This document shows, in pieces, positions 25,022 through 37,000 of a stretch of 64,000 nucleotides of DNA. Where the stretch lies: positions 18,786,001 to 18,850,000 of the forward strand of contig NW_026262582.1 in the NCBI RefSeq assembly GCF_021869535.1, in the 5' to 3' direction. Each line of letters opens with the position of its first letter. The stretch's first letter is position 1. The notes under the pieces are model-generated. The model made no database searches, was not told the origin of the DNA, and saw only the letters and a program-made list of their open reading frames with translations. The translations under genes and the position numbers were made by a program. Source of the stretch: Mytilus californianus. Lineage: Eukaryota.

Positions 25022-28000
25022 ATGTCTAAAATAGCAGAAACACCAGAAGGAAATTCAAATAAAAGCAACCCAGAGACGTCAAATAAGTAAGTTGTAATAC
25101 ATTTCTTTTATCTATATTACATTTAGACCCTTTCGTATCTTTCGCCTTTTTTAAATTCATATATATATAGAAGTTTGACAAACAATAATTTAAATCATTG
25201 AGAAGCTTAACATTTCCATAATCACAGAATGTGATTAAAACGTTCAGCTGATTTTTACAGGGTTATCTCCCTGTAGTGTTGTGTACTACCTTAAGTAATA
25301 AAAAGTAAAGTAACTGTACGTTCCTTGTTTTGTAGGAACTGCATGCTAATATTCTACCAATTATTCGATAGCTCTACATGAATGAATAGTGTTATAAGTA
25401 TTTCATCTGAGATTCTGCAGGGACTAAACGATTAACTTTACTTTCCTTAAGTCGACCAATATTACTACTTAAATAGATTGCAACTTTATATTTGGAATTG
25501 CGAGAATTTTGAAGAAAAAAAAACCTTCTTACCAGCTATTACAATTAATATCAGTTTCCGATTTACAGGATTTAGCAATGTCTAAAAATAAATCAATCGA
25601 TCCACAGTTTGGATTTGTATGATTTCTTATTATTTTACATAGGACATGTTTATCGCCTTTTTGTGAGAACAAAACTGTGTTGCTTAGTAAAAGCTAACGA
25701 AATGATTGTATCGCTGTTTTTTTCATTTTGTCTTGATTCCCGATGCCAACCGACTTGGATGGTATATGGTTGTGAAATGTCTGAAATGTTTGCACTGATA
25801 GGTATATAGGTATAAGAAGATGTGGTATGAGTGCCAATGAGATAACACTCCATCCAAGTCACGATTTGTAAAAGTAAACCAACATAGGTAAACAAAAAAA
25901 GCTTTCAACACGGATCCTTAACTCACACCGAACAGCAAGCATTAAATGACCCAAAAAATTACTAGTGGAAAACCATTCAAACAGGAAAACCAACGGTCTT
26001 ATCTATATAAAAAAAACGAGAAACGAGAAACACTTATGAACCAAATCAACAAACGACAACTACTGAACATCAGGTTCCTATACAATCTTCAATGCGGTAT
26101 AATGTACTATATTTATTTCAGTAATGAACAAATCTGATCATGATTCATCAAGCCGTTACGCACCAATATAATCTGGTATTCAAATGTCATGTGTTTGATA
26201 TTTACAGAGATGCTGAAAATACCGAAGAACAGAATATTTCGAAACTAAAGAAATCTGTATGCCCACAAGCAGAACAGATTCTTAAAATTGCCTTTGCAAT
26301 TTTTCTTTTTATCCTGACGTTTGCAAGTGGATTTATAGGAAGGATAACATTGCATATATTAATATGGCACATCAATCCACCAATAGAATCCCACGTCTCA
26401 AATATCAATACTCTTGGAGGTCTACTGGAACCAAACTGCGCATGTGTCAGCGGAACATCATGCATAGTAAATACTCATTATACTGCTGTTGACGAATCGT
26501 GGATCTGGGCAGTGTTCCTGGTTGTAATTGCACCATATTGCTTAACGTTTCTGTCTACATTTTCTAGAATCTGCTTCAAATCAAATAAAGAATTAGAATG
26601 GAAAGTACTTATGGTAGTAAGTAAATTATAGACAGCTGTGTACAATTGTTCAAATTTCATGATTTTATCAAAACATACAAATCAAAATAAAAAGAAAAAC
26701 TATTAAAAACCATGAACAAATGAAGGTCTTTCAACATGAGATGAGAATTATGGTTTTTGATTAGAAAGACAAAAAAGGTAAAAATAAACACCTATATACG
26801 AGTAAACACTGATTTCAAAAACATATGATTTCTATGCACTTTCATTTGAAATATCGGAGAATATTAGTTACTTTTTGGTGGAAAATTTCACCCTCTTGTC
26901 ATATAAAAGGATATTTTATACAGATTTACCAAAGAAAATATTGGTTGCTAGAGACCTTTCTGTGAAATATAGTGACACTTATGTTTCAATGCCGATATCA
27001 TTAGATAGTTCACTTTACACTGATAATGTATGACTTCTATTTATCTTGCCTAAGAGAGATAGTTCGCTATTCTAGTCATACATGTATATGTCACTTGAAG
27101 GCTACTGTATGCCGATTCTGAAAATATATAATTTCTTAATACTTTCACTTATATATAGTGTAGGCAATGAGTTTGTTACATACCAGAATGAAATAATAAT
27201 CAATTAACCTTAAATTTCACATGTCAGGGGCAATAACTTATATAAGATGTCATCATATCGCTTTTGAACGAATGTATCATTTCTTCTTTTCAATAACCCA
27301 AACATTTTGCATAAGCTCTAATGTATCTTGATTTAATAGTTTGAGAGGAGACGAACACACAAGCAAAGGTCTTTAGATTACAAAAGGGGAAATAGCTCTC
27401 ATATGCCAAAAAATCAAAAGGGTTCCTGTTGCTCAGTCCTTGGTTGTCTGTTTTGCTTTGTTTACTGTTGTTTGTCTTTACTTTTCTCTTTTAAGTCATT
27501 GCGTTTATTTTCGACTTATTAGTTTGAATGTCCCTTTGGTATCCTTCGCTTCAATCCTTCTTCAGATAAAACCGTCATAGCAAAAAAAAAAATAAAAAAA
27601 GAGACGACGAAGTAACAAAAATATCCACAAAACACAAAGAAATTTTGTTTTACTTCAGGTTACACTAATTTTATGTTATATTTCCTTTTTAATCTTCTTT
27701 GGCATGTTTTGGGAAAACATTATCACCCACGTAAATGGTTATTGAGGCATACTTATCTTGTAGTCAGTTGTTTAAAGATTAATATGCTGGAGACATCTAG
27801 CATTGCAGTCATGTGAATACTAATCCCGTCACATTCTGTATGTGACTGTCCAAAGTCAGGAATTTGTAAATCAGTTGATGCCAATCGTTGCTGTATATCA
27901 TCTTTGTTTTGTATATAAATCAGGTCGTCAGTTTTCCCATTTTAAATGGTTTTGAATTTGTCTTTTGGGGACCTTTTGAAGCTTACTATGCGGTATTGGT

Positions 28001-31000
28001 TTGCTTATTATTGAAGGTCGATTGATAATTTATAATTGTTAATTTCTATGTCGTTTTGATATTTGGTGAGCTGTCTCATAGGCAATCATATCACATCTTC
28101 CTATTTATATCTGATTCCATTAGATTTCATTACTCTTGTTATGAATAAAAGGTACAAGGTAGGTTAGGGTCTTGCCTCTGATAAGCTTTGATATCGGAGA
28201 AACACCATACAACCGATATCATATACATATATACTATAAGCTAGGAGTATCTGCTAGGTCCCTTGATATAACGCACTGTGCATTGTAGAACTTTTAGTGT
28301 TTAAAAAAATGGAAATATAATTTTGCAATTTTGCCCGTCTGAATCATCATATTTGGAGCCTGATTTGCCTAACTTTCTGGAGCACTTGAGAACAGCCTCG
28401 GTTTTTGGTGGGGTACGTGTTGTTCAGTATTAGATTTTATATGTTGTGTTTTGTATACTGTTAGGTGTCTTTTGATCTTTTTCCTGTTTCAGACATGGCG
28501 TTGTCAGATTGTTTCCGATTTATGAGTTTGAATGTCTCTCATGATAGTTTCGCCTTCCTTTTGTAGAAAATTGCTCTAACATTTTCTATGCTCGTGTTAT
28601 TCAGACATTTGTGTCAACACAATGCTCGTGTTCTTATGTTCATTTGAATCTATTTCATTAAAGCTGCTAATTTTGACCTTGAAACAAACTCGATGTAATC
28701 ACCTTTACTTTAAATATAAGTTCTGCGCTGTCGATAAAAAATGATGAAATTGCTTGAAACGATTTCCGAAGATTTAAAAATATGTATTTGTTATGGTTTA
28801 TTTGCAGTTACCTGCAAAAAATTGTCATTCATTGTAAATGTGTTGGTCACGGCGGTTGCCTTAATTATAATATGTTCTGAATTTAAGCTCATCGTTATTG
28901 AAACCCTTCATTCAGTTGGACTCTCGATACTGGGATTTCTTGTGCTACCTGCATTTGATCCAGCTTCTTCGTCAGTCGTTTATTTAGCAGTTTGTGGGAT
29001 ACCGCCGATATTAGATCTAATTAATATTATGGCCATGCAACTTAATAGAAAATCTTCTGGAACGAATTCAGAATCAAAACGTCAAAATCCTGCAGCTAAA
29101 ACGAAGGAACAGTCATCATATCGAACGGATAATGAGGCAACGGATACTACGAAAACGAATGAACAGACTTCAAATGGCACGAATGCAGAATCAAAACGTC
29201 AAAATCCTTCACATGAAACGAACGAACAGCCATCATATGGACCGCATAATGAGGCAACGGATACTACGAAAACGAATGAACAGACTTCAAATGGCACGAA
29301 TTCAGAATCAAAACATCAAAATCCTTCACATGAAACGAACGAACAGCCATCATATGGACCGGATAATGAGGCAACGGATACTACGAAAACGAGTGAACAG
29401 ACTTCAAATGGCACGAATTCAGAATCAAAACGTCCAAATCCTTCACATGAAACGAACGAACAGCCATCATATGGACCGGATAATGAGGCAACGGATGCTA
29501 CGAAAACGAATGAACAGACTTCAAATGGCACGAATTCAGAATCGAAACGTCAAAATCCTTCACATGAAACGAACGAACAGCCATCATATGGACCGGATAA
29601 TGAGGCAACGGATACTACGAAAACGAATGAACAGACTTCAAATGGAACGAATTCAGAATCAAAACGTCAAAATCCTTCACATGATACGAATGAACAGCCA
29701 TCATATGGACCGGATAATGAGGCAATCGGTCAACAGACTACAGCCGAGAATAACCCCAAAAATGAGAATACACATGGAGAAAGTTCAAGGGAAGGAACTG
29801 CATGTAAAGGAGATTCTACATTTACTCTATGTAATAAAACATCAAAACTATCCTTTGCATTACCATTCGCAGGGTTAATATTGCATGCTGCAGGCATTAT
29901 TCTTATAACGATTTACATTAATATTGGAACAATGATTGCTTCATTTTTGCTTTCAGTACTACTTATCTCAATGAAATACTGGGAAAACTTTATCACCATG
30001 GGTTCACACGACTCAAAATTTGCTTGCCGCTTGAAACGAGAACTACATAAAAGAAGAACTAAGACTACATGTATAGTCAGTCTTTGGAAAATACTAATTA
30101 CTTTTTGTGCAGTCATCGTGGTATTTGTCAGTAGGGGGAGCGATTCAATGGCTGCATTGAAAGCGTTATTTAACAATGGAATGACGACCATGAATACCGT
30201 CTTTGGAGAGCAACAATTTGGATTCAATCCGGTTTGCCAAACGAATGTGCCATTTTTAACGGCTTTTATTTGTATAATGTGTAACTATCTTTGTTATAAG
30301 ACATCAAAAACAGTATGCGTAATCAACTGCCAAAGGTTTTGCTTCAGTCTACCGATAATGATGCTACCACCTGTGGTTACTATTGTAATGGGAGGCCTGA
30401 TGAATCAACCAGATATTTTAAAATTAGAGTCATGTGATCTATTTTTTTCTGACTGGTGTATCAAAGATAGTAGTCGATTATCTGAAAATTGCACAGAATT
30501 ACTTGCAGCATTTGTTCTGCTGTTTATATCTATTCTTCTCATCACAAGACATGTCTGGAAATCAGATGGCCGGAAAAATGGAGAAACTGCAAGGTTAATA
30601 TTTTTGGTCTGAGCTGATAACATGGATACATTTGTAACTTTGATAAATTGCATTTGTCGACTTGAACGTCATTAAGGTTGATTATTTTTAGTAAATTTCT
30701 TATAGTTGGTCTGCTAATCCACAATGAAGCTTCATAAAGATTTATTTGATCTCTGGCTTTCAAAGCGTAAAATAAGACTATGGGGTATTTGTGATGAAAG
30801 CCCGTTAAAATAATACAAATTAATATGTTTTAGCATTAAATTACAATAAAAAAATTATGCCAATTACATGATAAAAGCATCATATGTCCTTTTCTATATA
30901 AGGAAATGCCTGTACAAAGTTAGGAATATGACAGTCGATGTGTTTGGGCTTTTGATTTTGCCATTTGTTACGGGACATTTTTCTTCGAGTTTGGTGTTTT

Positions 31001-34000
31001 TGTTATTTTAATTTCTCAAAACCGGAAGCGAATAATAATTTTCTTCGAGCATAGGTAATAAAGAAATCATTTCATTGTAGGACGTGGGGAATATCTTTCA
31101 AATAAAAACAATAGAAAAACTGTTAATTATTTCCAAAAGGTCCGATAGTCCTACATTTTCATTCAATTTGGAAAAAATATTAAACATACAAGTAATAGTA
31201 TGGTCGAATGAGAGATCTTTGATAGTGTTTGCCTTATTTATTCGTCGTGTTTCTAGAATATATATCATATTTTAACCTCTATATTGTTTTTTGTTGTTTT
31301 GATTTGCTGATCATGGATTTATTTCAGATTTTAGATTTCAGATTTCGTTTACTTGTAAACTATTGGTTGGTTAAATTATAAACATATTAACATAACAAGT
31401 AACAGTGCAATTACTTTCATTGTTTTATAAAACAGCGTTTGTTTCAGTAGCATACACATCTTGAACATAAATACTCGTTAATAGATAACATGTGTATCTT
31501 TTTTTTCAGGATATTTGTTTCACCATTTTACTGTGGAATGTTTACTGAGCTGTCCTTGTTACTGAATCGTAGAAGAGATGATGACGAATATGACATTGTT
31601 CACCGTGAAAAGGTATGTTCTAACGTATGCTTAACCTTAAGATATAGTCCAGACAAAACGTAAATTTAATGAATAATGTATTAGGTTTCAATTTATCACC
31701 GGATTCAGCCGTGTATAGTACGCAGTTGTGTATAATACACACCTTTTTTCACCCCTCCAAACAAAAAGAAAAACAAAAAGTAGAAAAAAAGAACTAATAA
31801 AAATAAGGATGTAGTATGATTGCCGATGAGACAACTCTCCATCAGAGACCAAATGACATAGAACTGTACCCCTACAGGTCATCGTACAGCTTTCAACAAT
31901 GAGCAATATCCAAACTACATTATTTCATCAAATGATTGATGTATTATGTTTCAGTTTATCACCGGATTAAGCTGTGCATATTACGCAGTTGTGTATAATA
32001 TGCACCCTGCAGTTCATCGTACGGCCTTCAACAATGAGCAAAATCCATGTTACCTATTGTTTGTAATAAAAAAAAATATTAACAGAACGCGTTTATTAAT
32101 ATACTAATCCCAAAGAAATTAAAGGACAACATCCTTTTACACTACAATAAGTTTATTCAATTGATGGTATCCTGTCCAGGCATTTGTGTGCAACAGGTTT
32201 CAAATTCTAGGAAATATGTACCGCAAGTCTAGTTTAATCAGGACAAAAAATGCATAAAAACAAAATGTCAAGCTTTTCACAATATACTTGAAGATTACCA
32301 AATCAATAATTAATTAAATAATTAAGACTTAATGTTGACAATAATGATCTATCAAATGACTAACATTAAACTGTTAAGAAGGAAGTAGGGCATTTATAAA
32401 CAGTGAATGAGTTTGAATAGCAATATACTACAATAACATAAATGGAGCATGTGCTTTTCCGACATACCATGTTGTTTCTGGAACATACGAAATTGAAATC
32501 GATATTATTATTTGTTCACTCATGTTACTTATATCAATTGACAAATAATGGTAGATAACTGCATTGTTTACATTGTCTTTTCCTGTCCAGTACATTTATA
32601 TTTCTAATGTTGAATCCATTTCATAATTCTAAAACATTTGATTTCCATAGAATTAAAGAATATATATAAGTTTTTATTACAGAAATCAGGTGAAGAAAAA
32701 AAGAAGAGGAGAATACTCTATGCTTGTTGTGCCACAATGTGGCATGAAAATGCGGCTGAAATGAGACAGCTGGTAACATCTATTTTAAGGTAATTGCCGT
32801 AATTTGTTCACTTTGTTCAAATAAATGGTTACTTCATTGAGTTTCTGTTATGTTCGGTAGGTACGACGATATATCACAATTAAAGGTTCTACTAAAATTA
32901 GGGGGAACATTGCAAAATCGAATGAACTAACAATTGATAAATCTGATCGAAAATTTATTTGTTGCAACTCATATAAGCCTTTTTTTTAAAATGAGGAGGG
33001 TAAATATAGTTATCAAAGGTACCAGGCTTATATTTTGATACGCCAGACGCGCGTTTCGTCTACATAAGACTCATCAGTGACGCTCCGTTCAAAATAGTTG
33101 AAAAGCTAAACAAGTATAAAGTTAAAGAGCATTAAGGACCCAAACTTCCAAAAAGTTGTGCCAATTACGACTAAGGTAATCTTTGCCAGGGATAAGAAAG
33201 TCCTAAGTATTTCGAATAACTTTTACTTTTGCAAACAGTTAATTTATAAAGGAAAAAAACATATAATTGACATAAACATGATTGGTATACTTACTGAAGG
33301 TGTGATGATATTGATTTTCTCCTTGGCAACATTTGTGTCAGTTCTAATAAAAATTGTAATGACATGTTGTAGGAATTTCTGTGGACACTAAGTGACATTG
33401 CACAAGAGCGGCCATGTTTTTCTCTGACTCTGCTGCATGGAGAACAATGCCAATTATTGTTCTATTAATTAAGGACTTTGAGACAATAAAAATCATCAAA
33501 TCAAAAATTGCTTCAGCAGAATCTGTAAAATGATGCTAAGTCTGTTATTTTGTTGATTGTAGTTATTTCTATGATTTTCTAATGTTGGTAATGGTTGTTA
33601 TCAGTTTGAATTCAATTGATGAGGAATTATGTTAGTTTCTTTGATAAAGTCAGACGTTGTTTAATTTATCTTCATTTCAAAATCAAACTTGGAATAAAAA
33701 ATAGCAGAAACACAGTTATATCTACTTCATTATTAAAATGTAAAAAGGAAGATTTTATCTTTTAAATATTAACATAATTTATACAATCTTGCATATTGGT
33801 ATTTCCCACCAAAGTTTTATGTCATATCATAATCTCAAGGATGAAGGTAAAAGATTGTTTTTAAAAGAAATACTTACAAGGAAGCATGAATATATAACAT
33901 GCTTTAAAAGAGACGGACACCATTGAAAATTTTTAATTTTTCCCTTATGGTGTTACATAAGTGAAATGGTATGTCTCATCAAATAAGAAGTTTCGTCCTT

Positions 34001-37000
34001 GTTATGACATCATTCAATGAGAATAACTGGACTTTTATTTTTTTCGAGAAAATGAATTCTTTGCGAAAACATTAAAAACATGTCTATATTTTATGTATCC
34101 ATCGCACTTCAGGGTTTCAAAAAACGTACGTCGGCGTATAAATCAACGAAATATCTCAATATGAAACCATAGGACTTCAACATGATCCAAATAAACACCT
34201 CAGCGTGATTAAAAACGAACTTCAGCGTGACCAAAACCACACAACAGCGTAACCATATGCATCGCGGTTTATAGTCCTACAAGTACATCATGTTTGCCCC
34301 ATATATCTATTCAAATAATTTAGTGTAAAAGAAATTTACAGATTAAACAGATCAAATTTAATTATGTGTTCACGTATTATATATATCTGTATATGCATAT
34401 TAACATTTTAAAATAGTCCGTCATTCTTGGATCATGTAAAACGTTGTCTTATTGCATTTTTTAAAATCATCTTTCGAAAGTACGAAAAAGTACATATCAA
34501 TTATTAATATTTTTTTTCCTAATCGAATATAGGCAACAGTAATATACCCCTGTTAAAAAGACATAAATCGATTGCGAGAAAATAAATCCGGATTACACAC
34601 TAAAATCGGGGGAAACACATCAACTTTAAGAGGAAACTCTAATTCAACACTGTTATATGACCTATTCTCCTCAAGTCCTTTACTAATGTCTTCTATCTTA
34701 ATATTAAAACATTTTGTCAGAAGTCGTTTGTGTTAAAATAGGTTAGACTTGCGACAGAGTATAAACAAATTTATGGAAGAAGATTTAAAGGAAAATGTCG
34801 AGACATTTGATTTAGAAGGTACTTTTTTAATTTTACTTTTAAGAAAACTAATTTAGACAGAAAAAAAAAAACAGTCATGGTGTGTTTCTTCGTAATTGAA
34901 TAGTTTGCATTTTCTAATGAAAATAGCAGGTTGTACTTTTGTCAATTAGAAAATTACCCAAAGAAAAAATGAAACGTCAATGTGAAATAAAAACATAAAG
35001 CACTGATATTATGATATTTGAAATAATTCATTAGGAAATACACTTCCATGTTTTATTCTACAACATGAATGACAGTTAGATATGTCAGCCTGCAAGAAAA
35101 GACAACCACTGCAATACAGCTCATGAAATGGAAGAACACAAAATATATTTCAGAGCGCTCAACCTACTTCTTACATTAGGTGGAAAGTAATATAAAAACT
35201 GAAGAAAAGACCAAACTGAAAATATCAGTTTGACAAGGGCTGACTTATTTGGTCGTTATTATCAGAACAGCATAAACATTTAACAAAAGATCAAATATAG
35301 TACCGATCTCGGCGTTGTTGCAGCAAATTCAATTTTGTCTAAGGCCCAATCTCAACTTATGGATAGAATTTTTGTTCATAAATCAACATATTAATCTGCA
35401 CAAATCCTACAGATTTAGTGAAAAAACGTGATTATGAAAGAATGTGAGAAAAAAACATGGCCATACAATATAAAACAAATTGATTTTTCAGCTCATGTAT
35501 TTTTTGATGATGCATTTTTACAACCAACGGACACACAAAGTCAAAGAAGAGAAATGAATACATATGTTAAAACCTTCATACAAGAATTGAGTGATGCTAC
35601 CAGGTATGTTCAACTTTACAATGAAAGGAATTTAGTTGTCTTTAATGCTTATTACAAGAACGCAAACTTAATATATTGATTGATTTTTCAAATAAACATA
35701 TAATTGAACTATGCTTATTTGCTTTCTGTGAAGAATATGCACTACCTCTCAGTCGACCATGGCCAGTATTTAAAAAAAAATCTGAAAAAAAACTATACAA
35801 TTAGAAAAATAACAAAAATAACGATCTCTAAGGAAAATTAAAAACAGAAAGTCCCTTATCAAATGAAAAAATCAAATGCTCAAACGTATCAAACGACCGG
35901 AAAACAGCGGACATATTTCTGACTTGGTACATTACTTTATGTATGCAGAAAATGGAGGGTTGACCTAGTTTAATAGCTTGCTAAATCTCTCACTTGTTTG
36001 AATGTGGCAAAGAGTTCAATATCATTGACAGCAATGCGTAAAACAGATTTTATATTGTTCTGTGTTTATTGTATCGAATTTTGCTTTTTTATGTTTTTAA
36101 CAAATTAGTTTCTTTACTTGAAAAACCCATTGTCATCATCTTATCAATATTCTTCTATAAAAAAAACAAAAATTAAGTTATTCAAACTACAAATGTATAG
36201 TCTAATTTAAATTTAAATGAGACAGACATTCCAGGAAAACTTTAGTTTAAAAAAGACAAGTATTTGAATATATGAAATCGCCCTTGACGGATATTTTTTT
36301 TTATTATGTAATAGTTTCTCTGTATAAAATCTTTACATCAAATATTTTCTTTATCAGGGATTTTTATGAAAAACAAATTGAATTACCAGACGGCGGTATG
36401 CTTAGAACTCCTTATGGTTCTAGGATTGAATGGACACTTCCTGGAGAGAATAAAATGTTCGTTCATTTGAAAGACAAGACAAAAGTTCGAAACAAGAAGC
36501 GCTGGAGTCAGGTACATGAGACCATTAAATATTGATATCAATCCTTATCTATTTATAAATTATTTTCCTCGACCAAATCCATAATTTATATGAAGAACAA
36601 GAACTTGTGCTTTCTTATGTGAAAATGATCGGAGATCAGTGATATGATTCCTAAGTGTCATATAAATTGTTATATTTTTGTAAATGCATGAAAATATATA
36701 ACAATATTTCAAATTATAAATAGACAAAGTCTTTTCTTGGGTTAAAAACATAGAATTATATTTTCCTATTTTTCTTTTCAAGAAAAGGGCAGCAATTGCA
36801 AACATTGCGCACTGTCATGTGAGCTCTTGAGACTAACTAATGTTGCACATTACACAATGCGTCATTACGAATCTACCGTTAAAAATCAATTTGAAAAGAT
36901 AAATATTTTTTTCCTTCTAATAAATTAAAATTTTACACTACATTGTTAGGTCAAATTTTAGTAAGCACAATGAAAAGATAAAATATTAAAAACATTCCAT

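Noticed and set aside
28741-28887. ORF track N-terminus MMKLLETISED... of the 623-aa ORF
   Set aside because: Intronic read-through. The phase-compatible acceptor is at 28887, and similar false extensions occur on most exon ORFs.
29132-29878. 248-aa R/Q/M/N-rich ORF overlapping the repeat in another frame
   Set aside because: The 117-bp unit lacks a stop in that frame, so tandem copies automatically give a long ORF. It has no independent promoter or splice support.
7492-35603. Homologous exons exactly 28000 bp apart (7492 and 35492)
   Set aside because: Offsets differ at all other exons, so this is a coincidence.
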